A stretch of DNA of 64,000 nt, taken from positions 114,125 through 178,124 of the forward strand of contig CAZXUJ010000002.1 in assembly GCA_964643995.1 (NCBI GenBank), given 5' to 3'. Under the pieces are notes generated by a model. That model made no database searches and was not told the origin of the DNA. It worked only from the letters and a program-made list of their open reading frames with translations. This DNA comes from an uncultured Candidatus Saccharibacteria bacterium. GTDB lineage: Bacteria > Patescibacteriota > WWE3 > UBA101185 > UBA10185. Positions 38,421 through 48,496 of the stretch are shown here, piece after piece; the first letter of the stretch is position 1; every line of letters starts with the position of its first letter. The position numbers and the translations under genes are program-made.

Positions 38421-39872
38421 CTAGTCACTAGACCTAACCACAAAGGGTAATAATGTTTCAAATCCAACAGGTGGTTCGGGGGTTACAGTAGGGGTAGGTG
38501 ACGGCGAGGGAGTGGGTGTGCTTGTTGGTGTAGGTGTTTCAGTGGGTACCACAGGTACTACATCAAGGAGAAACACATCCCAAGTACCGTTATTGTCACC
38601 TACAACAAGATTGGGCACTAATGACTCAAAAATCACACTATCTTGAGCAGTAAAAGCAGGGAAATGAGTTTTTTCCCCTTGACCACCACCACCAATCAAA
38701 AGAATGGTATGCCCATCCTTGTGAAGATATAGCCTACTTAGAAACCCCTGCACATTGGAGGTGAGATCAGACGCCATGGACTCGAAAACCACATGCCCTG
38801 AATCATTCACCGTGGCTCCAAAGAGTCCCGAATTGTTATCGGACTCACCACCAAAGCTATCCACAGACACCAAGGACAAGGTGTTACTGATGGTATCCAA
38901 CATATACACGTCGGAAAACCCATTGGTGTCTATAGAGGACAAATTCTCCGCAAACGACTGAAAAACTACATATCTGCCGTTTGGGGAAATCATAGGAAAT
39001 GAGCTTGAAGAGTCAGCAGGACCACCTTCAGTACTACGTACAACATACGACACTTCGTTGGTCGTAGAATCATAGAGGTATATGTCCTCAAATCCACTCC
39101 AAGCTCCAGTGGAAACCCAGTTACTGGCAGTGGACGAGAAAACAACACAAGACCCATCAAGATTAATTTTTGGTTCGTAGGACGCTCCGTTAGGTTCCAC
39201 ACCAAAACTTGGTACCAGACGCGAAAGTTCCCAAGTTACAACATTGCGCACGAAAATATCTGTGCGCAAGTTAGTATCCTCGGGAACGAGGTTTTTGGAG
39301 TCAGATGTGAAAACCACCCATTGGCCATTCCCTGATATTTGACTGCCACCAGAAAACCCGTCACCCTCTGCACCTGACCACGACGTCGAAACTCGAACAA
39401 CTTCTTGAGTTAGTGCATCCCAAACAAACACGTCAGGAGTTTGATTTGTATCATTTTCCACCAGATCAAAGGCATCTGAGGTAAACGACACAAACCGACC
39501 ATCTGCTGAAATTGAAGGATTCATGGAAGGGCCATTTGCCGGGCCATCACCACCTAAGCTATGGGACACTAAACAGATTTGCTGAGTTTGCATGTCTTTT
39601 AAGAAGATATCAGAGGCGTTATTTGTATCACCCACTACCAGATTATTGGCAAAAGAGTTAAATACGACGTAACGACCACTTGCAGATACAGCGGCAGATT
39701 GAGAGGCATTATTGCCAATAGTCCCCTCATTGTCAGCACTAACCAAAAAGACATCACCAAATGTTGCTTCAACGACTCCTGACGATACAAATATCATCAG
39801 AAATATAACCAACACGATAAAAACAATCCCACCCCGAAGGGTGGTTTCTCCAAACCGATTCACGGTATTCAT
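38421..39872 (-). CDS. N-terminally anchored TolB-like (PD40/WD40-like) beta-propeller protein with C-terminal PT-rich tail
   Basis: Repeated 'SxDGRxVxFxS...DIFxxD' PD40-like blades, an N-terminal TM helix, and the C-terminus 'TETPTPTSTPTPSPSPTPTVTPEPP'. Confidence 0.7.
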   Translation of the reverse strand: MNTVNRFGETTLRGGIVFIVLVIFLMIFVSSGVVEATFGDVFLVSADNEGTIGNNASQSAAVSASGRYVVFNSFANNLVVGDTNNASDIFLKDMQTQQICLVSHSLGGDGPANGPSMNPSISADGRFVSFTSDAFDLVENDTNQTPDVFVWDALTQEVVRVSTSWSGAEGDGFSGGSQISGNGQWVVFTSDSKNLVPEDTNLRTDIFVRNVVTWELSRLVPSFGVEPNGASYEPKINLDGSCVVFSSTASNWVSTGAWSGFEDIYLYDSTTNEVSYVVRSTEGGPADSSSSFPMISPNGRYVVFQSFAENLSSIDTNGFSDVYMLDTISNTLSLVSVDSFGGESDNNSGLFGATVNDSGHVVFESMASDLTSNVQGFLSRLYLHKDGHTILLIGGGGQGEKTHFPAFTAQDSVIFESLVPNLVVGDNNGTWDVFLLDVVPVVPTETPTPTSTPTPSPSPTPTVTPEPPVGFETLLPFVVRSSD

Positions 39873-39971
39873 TTTTTCGCTCCTATTGGATTTTTTGTTA
39901 AAGAGCTCGCAATAAGCAAGCCCTCCTTTTTTATAAAACGAGTAGTCTCAAACTCTAATGTACATTATAGG

Positions 39972-40856
39972 TCAAAAAAGTCCAAAATACCAATCAATCA
40001 ACATGTCACCCCAAAAAAGCATCACAAAACTCCCAAGGAGCAGAAATGGTCCAAATGGTACTGTATCCTTAATAGTTTTTCTCTTTGTCCAAACCAAGAG
40101 AATACTAAGCAAAGCACCAAAGAGAAAACCCAAGAATATGGCAAAGACATTATGGGGAAATCCATTAACAAGACCTATCAAAAAGGCCAATTTTACATCG
40201 CCACCACCCATAGCACGACCATTCTTTATAAGTGTAAGTAACCAAAAGAAAACACCGATGCCAATTGCACTTAACAAGATGTAAAGGTGATCCTTAAGCA
40301 CTGCCTGCCATTGTAAGTCCCAATATCCAGCCTTTATCAAGTATTTCCCAAAAGTATCGTTGTTTAAGCTCTGATAGGTATAGTAAAGTGAGAGCACCAT
40401 ACCAAGCACTAAGAAGGCAATAGTAACTAGGATTGCTGGAAATAAAACTTTATTGGGTAATAACAGATACTTTAGATCAGTTAAAAGCAATACAACATAA
40501 ACACTAAGCACAACTATCAAAAAAACGAAATACAACCAAGTAAAAGCAGTTGCTGTGTCTGAAAAGATCCCTATTTTATAAGCAGCAACTGCAAAAACAA
40601 AACCCGTTAAGACCTCTGAGATGGGGTAATACCAAGAAAGCTTCTTTTTGCAGTTTTTACAGGCACCTCTTTGAAGAAGGAAAGAAAATACTGGAATAAG
40701 TTCAAGAGCAGAAAGAACTTTGCTACAAAACTCACAAACGGAGCGACCTAAAAAGAAAGAACGGTTAGAGACGATTCTATCAGAGACAACATTTAGAAAG
40801 GATCCTATGAACAATCCTGCAATAAAAATCAATACGTATAAAACCCAAACAACCAT
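39972..40856 (-). CDS. pilD: prepilin peptidase PilD (A24 family aspartic peptidase / N-methyltransferase)
   Basis: N-terminus 'GSFLNVVSDRI', a CxxC...CxxC zinc motif, and the catalytic region 'GGGDVKLAFLIG'. Confidence 0.9.
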   Translation of the reverse strand: MVVWVLYVLIFIAGLFIGSFLNVVSDRIVSNRSFFLGRSVCEFCSKVLSALELIPVFSFLLQRGACKNCKKKLSWYYPISEVLTGFVFAVAAYKIGIFSDTATAFTWLYFVFLIVVLSVYVVLLLTDLKYLLLPNKVLFPAILVTIAFLVLGMVLSLYYTYQSLNNDTFGKYLIKAGYWDLQWQAVLKDHLYILLSAIGIGVFFWLLTLIKNGRAMGGGDVKLAFLIGLVNGFPHNVFAIFLGFLFGALLSILLVWTKRKTIKDTVPFGPFLLLGSFVMLFWGDMLIDWYFGLF

Positions 40857-40880
40857 AGATCAATTATATACTGCTTATTG

Positions 40881-40913
40881 CGCAAAAGAAAAGACCCCAT
40901 TACTGGGGTCTTT
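40881..40913 (-). terminator. Rho-independent terminator immediately downstream of pilA
   Basis: 9-bp stem aaagacccc / ggggtcttt with a 6-nt loop. On the minus strand it is followed by UCUUUUG. Confidence 0.65.
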
Positions 40914-40924
40914 CCTAATGAACG

Positions 40925-41437
40925 TTAGTTTATAAGATCTAAACCAGGGTCTGTACCCATTTCGTAAACAGCAGCGTTGTCTCCGCCATCTGTCGTCATT
41001 TTATTTGCATTATCTGCGGCTTCCAGAACAGAATTGACTTCATAATTTGTGCCGTCAGATGCCCATGAGTAGGTACCTGTAGAAGGATCAGCTGGTAAAA
41101 CCGAAACAAATTTACCAAGGCCGGTTAATCCTACAGGAATTGTGAATTTGACCCATCCGTTTGCGCCATCTACACCCTGTCTTGGGGTTGCTGCAGTACT
41201 GGTACATGTTGCACAAACACCACTAGTATCTGTTAAAACGATTTCACCATCAGCTAAAGCTAAGGTGACTGCCTTATTCAAGGCATCCATATCTTCTAAT
41301 CTCTGTGCATCACGGCCTTCTTGCAATAATTGAGCTGGGTTCAAAACAACAAGCACAGCACCTGCTAATACACCAATAATTGCGATAACGATGATAAGTT
41401 CTACTAATGTAAAACCTTTTTGATTTTTGTTAAACAT
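40925..41437 (-). CDS. pilA: type IV pilin PilA (likely major pilin)
   Basis: 'MFNKNQKG|FTLVELIIVIAIIGVLAGAVLVVLNP', 170 aa. It has its own terminator and is adjacent to pilC and pilD. Confidence 0.75.
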   Translation of the reverse strand: MFNKNQKGFTLVELIIVIAIIGVLAGAVLVVLNPAQLLQEGRDAQRLEDMDALNKAVTLALADGEIVLTDTSGVCATCTSTAATPRQGVDGANGWVKFTIPVGLTGLGKFVSVLPADPSTGTYSWASDGTNYEVNSVLEAADNANKMTTDGGDNAAVYEMGTDPGLDLIN

Positions 41438-41460
41438 TCAATTCACCTCCCTTCAATCAG

Positions 41461-42663
41461 TTAAATTGCCGATGTAATCTTATAAATCGGCGTAATAATT
41501 GAAATTATCAAAAAACCAACCATACTACCTAACATGATTAATATTAGCGGTTCCAAAGCAGCAGAAAGACCTTCGACGGCATGACTTGCTTCTTTCTCAA
41601 AGAAATCTGCCAAACGATCCAAAACCTCATCTAAACGACCGGTTTCCTCTCCTGTAGACACCATATTTCCCAGAATAGGAGGAAACGCATCGTTGCTTTT
41701 GAGATAAATAGACAAGGTTCCACCCTTTTCTATACTTTTGGCTGCCTCTAAGCTACCTTTTTTAAACTCAATGCTTTGGACAACATTTGCAACAATATGT
41801 AAAGAATCAACAATAGGCACTGCCGAGGACAACAACAGACTTAGAGTTCGGGTAAACTCAGTCAGCTCACGCTTATGGTTAAGATTTCCAAAAATTGGAG
41901 TTTTAAATGCAAGCAAGGTAACCAAATTTTTACCACCATCTGTTTGAAGGAAATATCTCATACCAAAAATGAAAAAAATGCCCCCGCCAATTACCAAAAA
42001 CACATTGTTAACAAAAAAGTCTGACATAGTAATCATTAACTGGGTTGTCGCAGGTAACTCCACATTTAAGCTTTCATACATATCGGCAAGTTTGGGAACA
42101 ACAAACAACATAAGCATGAAAAAGACACCGATCATAGCAATAAATATAATTGTTGGATAAATCATTGCGGACTTAAACTTAGCTCGTAATTCTCGCTGAG
42201 ACTCCATGGTATCCGCCAATCTGGCCAAGATCTCATCAAGCCTACCAGAGGCCTCACCCGCTGAAACCAGTGACTGATATGTGGCTGCAAATACGTCAGG
42301 ATATTTTCCAAAAGCGTTAGCTAGTGAGGCACCACCCTCTACATCACGCAGTATATCAGTGAGAATTTTCTTGAATTTCAGATTTGTGGTCTGTTCGGCC
42401 AAAACACTTAGCGCTTTAGAAATAGAGAGACCGGCCGAGATCATGGTGGAAAGTTGTCTCGTAAAGGCAACAACCTCACCGAATGGAACACCTCTAAATG
42501 TCATTATACTTTCAAATACAGAGTCGTTTTTCTTGTTTAGGGTCAAAACGAAATAGCCCTGTTCTTTCAGTAAAGAGAAAGCAGCTTGTTGATTACGTGC
42601 ATCAACAATACCATTCTTTCTACCACCTTTTTGGTCCATTGCGGTATAGGTAAATGCTGACAT
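41461..42663 (-). CDS. pilC: type IV pilus inner-membrane platform protein PilC (GspF family)
   Basis: Two tandem GspF repeats ('...ISAGLSISKAL...' and '...LSSAVPIVDSL...') and three TM segments, 400 aa. Confidence 0.9.
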   Translation of the reverse strand: MSAFTYTAMDQKGGRKNGIVDARNQQAAFSLLKEQGYFVLTLNKKNDSVFESIMTFRGVPFGEVVAFTRQLSTMISAGLSISKALSVLAEQTTNLKFKKILTDILRDVEGGASLANAFGKYPDVFAATYQSLVSAGEASGRLDEILARLADTMESQRELRAKFKSAMIYPTIIFIAMIGVFFMLMLFVVPKLADMYESLNVELPATTQLMITMSDFFVNNVFLVIGGGIFFIFGMRYFLQTDGGKNLVTLLAFKTPIFGNLNHKRELTEFTRTLSLLLSSAVPIVDSLHIVANVVQSIEFKKGSLEAAKSIEKGGTLSIYLKSNDAFPPILGNMVSTGEETGRLDEVLDRLADFFEKEASHAVEGLSAALEPLILIMLGSMVGFLIISIITPIYKITSAI

Positions 42664-42666
42664 ACG

Positions 42667-43737
42667 CTAGCCTCTCACTCCCTTTATCAATCTACGCAAC
42701 ATGTCTGGGCTAACTGAGAATTTCATTGCTTCTTCCTCAGTTATCTCCTCTCGATGCACCAACAAGGCAAGACTTGAGTCCAACCCGATCATCCCAATAT
42801 TTGAGCTTGTACCTATAACATTATCAAGCTGGTGCGATTTACCCTCACGAATTAGGCTACGAACAGCATCACTACCTAACATTATTTCTACTGCTGGTAC
42901 AACACCTGACTTTTTTGATGGAATTAATCTTTGGGACACTACAGCCTCCAAAACCTGAGATAACTGAAGCTTTATCTGCAATTGCTTAACCTCAGGAAAA
43001 CTACTAATCATACGATCTATACTTTGTGAAGCCGAATTAGTATGCATTGTTGCAAAAACTAAATGACCGGTTTCAGCAATCGTTAAACAGGACTGTGTAG
43101 TCTCGATGTCTCTAAGTTCGCCTATGAAGACTACGTTAGGATCTTGACGTAAAATAGCTCTCAAAGCACCATCCCAAGAATGAGTGTCCAAATACATCTC
43201 GCGTTGTTCAACTAACGACTTTTTATTAGTAAAAATATATTCGATTGGATCTTCAATGGTAACGATGTGCTCTGAACGAGTCTCATTGATATGATCTATC
43301 AATGCTGCTATTGTAGTAGATTTGCCATGCCCAGTAGGTCCTACAACCAATACCAATCCCTGACGTATATCACATAATCTGGTGATTATTTCAGGTAAGT
43401 TGAGATCCGTTAGCTTTGGAATAACCAATGGAATAACACGTAGAGCAACAGCAGGGTAACCCTTTTGGTAGAAAGCGTTGACCCTAAAACGAGCCTTATT
43501 ACTAAGTGCAACTGAAAAGTCTACCTCACGATTAACCTCCAAGATATTCTTTTGCTCTTCGGTCAGAACTTTGGACAAAAACAAGTTGATATCATCAACA
43601 GTGAGAACATCTGTGTCCTCAAGAGGGTAGAGTTCACGATCTACACGAACTACAGGAGAAATCCCAACAGTAAGGTGCAAATCAGAGGCTCCTTGTTCTA
43701 TTACATTTTCTAAAATTTTTGATACGTTAAACGCCAT
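42667..43737 (-). CDS. pilT: type IV pilus retraction ATPase PilT
   Basis: Walker A 'GPTGHGKSTT', 'HLVFATMHTNSA' His box, a PilT-typical length of 356 aa, and no N-terminal GSPII_E_N domain. Confidence 0.85.
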   Translation of the reverse strand: MAFNVSKILENVIEQGASDLHLTVGISPVVRVDRELYPLEDTDVLTVDDINLFLSKVLTEEQKNILEVNREVDFSVALSNKARFRVNAFYQKGYPAVALRVIPLVIPKLTDLNLPEIITRLCDIRQGLVLVVGPTGHGKSTTIAALIDHINETRSEHIVTIEDPIEYIFTNKKSLVEQREMYLDTHSWDGALRAILRQDPNVVFIGELRDIETTQSCLTIAETGHLVFATMHTNSASQSIDRMISSFPEVKQLQIKLQLSQVLEAVVSQRLIPSKKSGVVPAVEIMLGSDAVRSLIREGKSHQLDNVIGTSSNIGMIGLDSSLALLVHREEITEEEAMKFSVSPDMLRRLIKGVRG

Positions 43738-43776
43738 ATACTTTTGCCCTCGAAAAGCAGGTCTGTACTCAGATCG

Positions 43777-45552
43777 CTAATTATTTGCCACTCTCATAAC
43801 CTCTTCCAAGGTAGTAGCCCCTTCCACAACTCGTAAATAACCATCCTGAACCAAAGTAAGCATTCCATCAGCTATAGCCGCCTCAGCTATCATGTTTTCT
43901 GGCTTATGCTCAAGTATCATTTTTCCAATCTCATTGGACATTTCCAAAACTTCAAAAATACCTATTCGACCTTTATACCCAGAATTTCCACATTTATCAC
44001 AGCCTTTTCCTCGGGAGAGCTTTAGTTTACCCTTGCCAACTTTTGCTATAGTTTCTGCGATGATTTTGTCTTTGTGCATCAAAACTTCTGAGCTCTGAAC
44101 ATTTGCCAAAATTTTTCTTATATCCTTTTCAATTTCATCAGGTGCATCGTACGTCTCCTTACAATCGGCACAGATTTTTCTAACTAAGCGTTGAGCAAGT
44201 ATAGCGTTCACTGTGGATGCCAAAAGAAAATTTTCTACTCCCATATCTATCAAACGGGGGAGTGCCCCAGCCGCTGAGTTTGTGTGTAAAGTTGACAAAA
44301 CAAGGTGACCGGTCAAAGCAGCATGTATGGCAAGTTCTGCCGTTTCACTATCTCGAACCTCTCCTACCATTATTATATTTGGATCTTGTCTTAAAAATGC
44401 TCTTAGTCCAGAAGAGAAGGTTAGTCCAGCCTTGGGATTAACCTGAACGTGATTGACCCCAGGTACTCTAATTTCAACCGGGTCCTCAATGGTAACAACG
44501 TTAACCCTAACAGTGTTAAGTTTAGCTAAAGCGGTTGCAAGGGTAACGGTCTTACCCGAACCTGTGGGACCTGTAACAAGTACCATACCAACCGGCCTTA
44601 TTATTGCTTCTTCAAAACGCTTCAAAGATAAGCCGCGCAAACCAAGATCTTTATAGGTAAAAACATTACCTTGCTCTTTCAATAATCGAATAACCACCTT
44701 TTCACCAAATACTGTGGGTAAGGTTGAAACTCTCAAATCAGTGCCTGTGTTACCCACCTGTACTTTAAAACGACCGTCTTGAGGAATACGTTTCTCGTCG
44801 ATCTTCATGACCGAAAGTATCTTTATACGAGCAACAATAGATTCATGCATCTCCTTAGGGAATTTTCTTTTTTCTTGTAAAACACCATCAACACGGTAAC
44901 GTAATCTAGTATCAGATTCGGTTGGTTCGATGTGTACATCAGAAGCACCAATTTTTACAGCGGTTTCTAAGATCATACCTACAATACGAGCAATAGGTGC
45001 ATCTCTAATTGTTGCATCGTCGGCATTCAAATCGCCAGAATCACCTTTAAGCTGTAAAGTGGTAGCACTTATTTCTTCTAGTGCAGCACTAATTTCTTCT
45101 GAGATGGCTTTTCCTTGAACTTCACCTAATACCGCCTCTATCTCCTTAAGGGTCGAGATGTAGGGTTTTACAGTGTAGCCAGTTTTTCTTTCGATAAATT
45201 CAATGGTCTGGAGGTCTAGTGGATCAACCATAGCCACCGATAGAACGTTATCATTCATGTCTAACATAAACGGCGCTACTTGATATCTTTTCTCTACAGC
45301 AACAGGCAGTAACTCCAAAACATTTTGTTCGATTTTGACTTCTTGGGGATTAATATATTCAATGCCGTATACCTCACCAAAAGACTTCACAAAATCCTCG
45401 TTTGTGACGTAACCACGTTCTTTAATAATAGTCTCAGCACTCTTACCAGTATTTACATGTTCGAATTTAACAGCAGATAGCTGATCTGCATTTATGAGGG
45501 TTTTTTCGAAGAGAACGTCTTCTATTCCTTTATGTGCGTTTGTTGAATCCAT
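43777..45552 (-). CDS. pilB: type IV pilus assembly (extension) ATPase PilB (GspE family)
   Basis: An N-terminal GSPII_E_N domain, Walker A 'GPTGSGKT', 'HLVLSTLHTNSAAG', and a C-terminal tetracysteine 'CADC...CDKC'. Confidence 0.9.
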   Translation of the reverse strand: MDSTNAHKGIEDVLFEKTLINADQLSAVKFEHVNTGKSAETIIKERGYVTNEDFVKSFGEVYGIEYINPQEVKIEQNVLELLPVAVEKRYQVAPFMLDMNDNVLSVAMVDPLDLQTIEFIERKTGYTVKPYISTLKEIEAVLGEVQGKAISEEISAALEEISATTLQLKGDSGDLNADDATIRDAPIARIVGMILETAVKIGASDVHIEPTESDTRLRYRVDGVLQEKRKFPKEMHESIVARIKILSVMKIDEKRIPQDGRFKVQVGNTGTDLRVSTLPTVFGEKVVIRLLKEQGNVFTYKDLGLRGLSLKRFEEAIIRPVGMVLVTGPTGSGKTVTLATALAKLNTVRVNVVTIEDPVEIRVPGVNHVQVNPKAGLTFSSGLRAFLRQDPNIIMVGEVRDSETAELAIHAALTGHLVLSTLHTNSAAGALPRLIDMGVENFLLASTVNAILAQRLVRKICADCKETYDAPDEIEKDIRKILANVQSSEVLMHKDKIIAETIAKVGKGKLKLSRGKGCDKCGNSGYKGRIGIFEVLEMSNEIGKMILEHKPENMIAEAAIADGMLTLVQDGYLRVVEGATTLEEVMRVANN

Positions 45553-45631
45553 AGGGCAGTTACACCATAATCTTACCAGTTATATTCTACTTAGTGCAAT
45601 AATTCTAAAATATCTAGTATAAAATGAACAT

Positions 45632-46294
45632 ATGAATCTAGAGGGAAGCATACTAATATATGGCGGAGATAGGGCAGCAAGAAATAATAAAATTTTAGAA
45701 TTACTTGGGCAAAATCAAATCTCCGTGGAAAATAACCCAGACGTCTTGAATGTAAGGTTAATAGAGGATAAGAAATCCATAGGAATAGGAACAGTCAAAG
45801 ACAATATAAAAGCCTTGGGACAAAAACCCTTTTCACACAAATACAAAATACTTATTATCTGGGAAGCGGATTTGATGACTATTGAGGCACAAAACACACT
45901 TCTAAAAATCCTTGAAGAACCACCCGAGTATGCAACTATAATTTTATGTGCACCAACAAAAACCGCAGTCCTACCAACGATACTATCTAGATGCAAAAGG
46001 GTGGAGTTGAAATCCAAAGCTTATGAAGATAGCAAAGAACGCGCATTTTTTGAGCTTTTTCAAATGAGTTTAGGAGATAGAATGTCCTGGGCGGCTGAAG
46101 TCTCCAAAGAGGATAGAGAAGTAGTAATTGACATTGTAAAAGATTTGATTCTGGATTTGGAAATATCTGCAAGAACCGAGCCTACAATGAAAGCTGCCCA
46201 AGCATTGGTAAAGCTTAGTGAGGTTAGGAATGATCTTTTGAAGACCAATGTGAATTTGAAATTGGCACTTGAGTACCTGGTGTTATCTGTTTAG
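45632..46294 (+). CDS. holB: DNA polymerase III delta-prime-like clamp-loader subunit (short)
   Basis: 'AQNTLLKILEEPPEYATIIL' (the clamp-loader 'LLKTLEEPP' motif) and sensor-2-like 'SRCKRVELK'. The Walker A is degenerate, as in delta-prime. Confidence 0.6.
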   Translation: MNLEGSILIYGGDRAARNNKILELLGQNQISVENNPDVLNVRLIEDKKSIGIGTVKDNIKALGQKPFSHKYKILIIWEADLMTIEAQNTLLKILEEPPEYATIILCAPTKTAVLPTILSRCKRVELKSKAYEDSKERAFFELFQMSLGDRMSWAAEVSKEDREVVIDIVKDLILDLEISARTEPTMKAAQALVKLSEVRNDLLKTNVNLKLALEYLVLSV

Positions 46295-46453
46295 TTCTAG
46301 GGACTCTAGTGCACTGAGATTTCAGTAGCATTAAAGTCCCCGACAGGGCTACCTGTATGTTTGCACGTCAATTCTCCTTTGGGCCATGCCCACGTTCAGT
46401 AAGATACCTAATCTTTAACATAACCATATAACACGTGCAAGTTTAGAACGCTG

Positions 46454-46482
46454 TTGAAACAGAGGTGTAAATCCTTTACAAT
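46454..46482 (+). promoter_or_regulatory. sigma70-like promoter (TTGAAA-17-TACAAT) upstream of gyrB
   Basis: -35 at 46454-46459, a 17-nt spacer, -10 at 46477-46482. Confidence 0.5.
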
Positions 46483-46511
46483 GAAACCCGCGCTAGGATA
46501 TTTCTTTTTTT

Positions 46512-48479
46512 ATGTCAAACCAAGCTTATGATGCAGATCAAATACAAGTCCTTGAGGGCCTAGACCCTGTAAGAAAACGTCCAGGTATGTATATTGGTTC
46601 TACTGGGCAAGTAGGACTTCATCACCTAGTACAAGAAATATTAAATAACTCGATGGACGAGGCTATGGCCGGGTTTGCGAATCACATACGAGTAGTTTTT
46701 TTGAAAGATGGGTCAGTCGCAGTATACGATAATGGTCGAGGAATACCTTATGGCATAAAGAAAGACCAAGGAAAATCGGCTTTAGAGCTAGTATTTACAG
46801 TTCTACACGCTGGAGGTAAATTCGGGGGTGGCGGTTACAAAGTATCAAGCGGACTACACGGTGTTGGAGCTTCTGTTGTTAATGCATTATCTCATTGGCT
46901 TAGGGTTGTTGTAATCAGGCAAAAAGAAATAGTTGTGCAAGAGTTTCAAGATGGGGGACACGTTGTTCGCGACGTTGAACCTCTAGACAGGAAAAAACCA
47001 GTAACAAAACTCAAGGGAGAAGAGTGGAACTTGGATGTTGAATCATGGAATTATGAAACCGGATCAATTGTCCAGTTCAAACCTGACGCTACAATATTTG
47101 AAACCGTAGACTTTAAATTAAAGCATTTCATGAACCTAATGAAGGAATATGCCTACCTAACTGCCGACATTAAATTCGAGGTTATTGACCACCGTACAGA
47201 GGAGCACTATTGTTTTTACTTTGAAGGTGGGATTAAAGCTTACATCAAATCCCTTAACAAAAATAAAAAACCTCTTCACGACAATATTTTTTATGTTGGC
47301 AAAGAAGAGGATAACGTATCTGTTGAATTAGCATTACAATACAACGACACCTTTACTGAAAACGTGCTAACTTTTGCAAACCACATTCGTACGGTCGAGG
47401 ACGGTACCCATCTAACTGGTTTTAGAGCCGCTTTGACTAAGGTCATAAATGACTACGCAAGATCCAAAGAAATAATAAAGGAGAAAGATGCCAATCTATC
47501 GGGAGACGATTTAAAAGAGGGCTTAACGGCGGTTATCTCTGTGAAACTTGATTCAGACATTTTACAGTTCGAAGGGCAAACTAAGGCTAAACTCGGTAAT
47601 TCTCATGTCAGAACAGCAGTGGAAAAAGTAACAAAAGATGCATTAGAGTTGTTTTTGGGAGAACACCCTCGCGACGCGCAAGCTATAATTGAAAAAAATG
47701 TACTAGCACTAAAAGCTCGAATAGCAGCTAAAGCCGCCAGAGATACCATTATCAGAAAAACTGTTATGGAGGGTGGGGGAGTTTTACCTGGACAATTGGC
47801 CGATTGTTCAGAACGCGATCCATCGAAAACTGAGCTTTTCATAGTAGAAGGAGATTCAGCAGGAGGTTCAGCTAAACAAGGCCGTGATAGGGATACTCAA
47901 GCAATACTACCTTTGTTTGGTAAACCGCCTAATGCAGAAAAAACCCGTCTTGATAAACTTGTTGCCAACGAACGATATAAAAGCTTGGTGTTGGCATTGG
48001 GCACAGGAATCGGGGATGTCTATAATCCAGCAAAACTTAGGTACCACAAATTAATAATCATGGCAGATGCTGATGTGGACGGTTATCATATTGGAACTCT
48101 GTACTTAACATTTTTTTATAGGTACATGAAGGAGTTGATTGAAGGGGGACATGTTTACCTTGCCTCTCCACCTCTATTTAAGGCTACTTGGGGTAAAAAC
48201 AAAAAATATCTTACTGATGAAGCGGAAGCTGACCTGTTTCGCAAAACAGATGATGGACAAAAAGCTCTTATTCAAAGATTTAAAGGTTTGGGTGAAATGA
48301 ACGAAGATGAACTTTGGGAAACAACAATGAATCCACAGACACGAATATTAAAACAAATAAACATTGAAGATGCCGCTCATGCAGACGATGTATTTAGCAC
48401 ACTTATGGGTTCCGAAGTTCCACCACGCAAAAAATTTATTATGAACCACGCCAAAGATGCAGCCGTTGACGTAACCTAA
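46512..48479 (+). CDS. gyrB: DNA gyrase subunit B
   Basis: GHKL ATPase 'LHAGGKFGGGGYKVSSGLHGVG', Toprim 'ELFIVEGDSAGGSAKQGRD', and 'PLFGKPPN'. gyrA lies 7 kb downstream. Confidence 0.9.
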   Translation: MSNQAYDADQIQVLEGLDPVRKRPGMYIGSTGQVGLHHLVQEILNNSMDEAMAGFANHIRVVFLKDGSVAVYDNGRGIPYGIKKDQGKSALELVFTVLHAGGKFGGGGYKVSSGLHGVGASVVNALSHWLRVVVIRQKEIVVQEFQDGGHVVRDVEPLDRKKPVTKLKGEEWNLDVESWNYETGSIVQFKPDATIFETVDFKLKHFMNLMKEYAYLTADIKFEVIDHRTEEHYCFYFEGGIKAYIKSLNKNKKPLHDNIFYVGKEEDNVSVELALQYNDTFTENVLTFANHIRTVEDGTHLTGFRAALTKVINDYARSKEIIKEKDANLSGDDLKEGLTAVISVKLDSDILQFEGQTKAKLGNSHVRTAVEKVTKDALELFLGEHPRDAQAIIEKNVLALKARIAAKAARDTIIRKTVMEGGGVLPGQLADCSERDPSKTELFIVEGDSAGGSAKQGRDRDTQAILPLFGKPPNAEKTRLDKLVANERYKSLVLALGTGIGDVYNPAKLRYHKLIIMADADVDGYHIGTLYLTFFYRYMKELIEGGHVYLASPPLFKATWGKNKKYLTDEAEADLFRKTDDGQKALIQRFKGLGEMNEDELWETTMNPQTRILKQINIEDAAHADDVFSTLMGSEVPPRKKFIMNHAKDAAVDVT

Positions 48480-48496
48480 GCCATTTTTTCCAAAAC

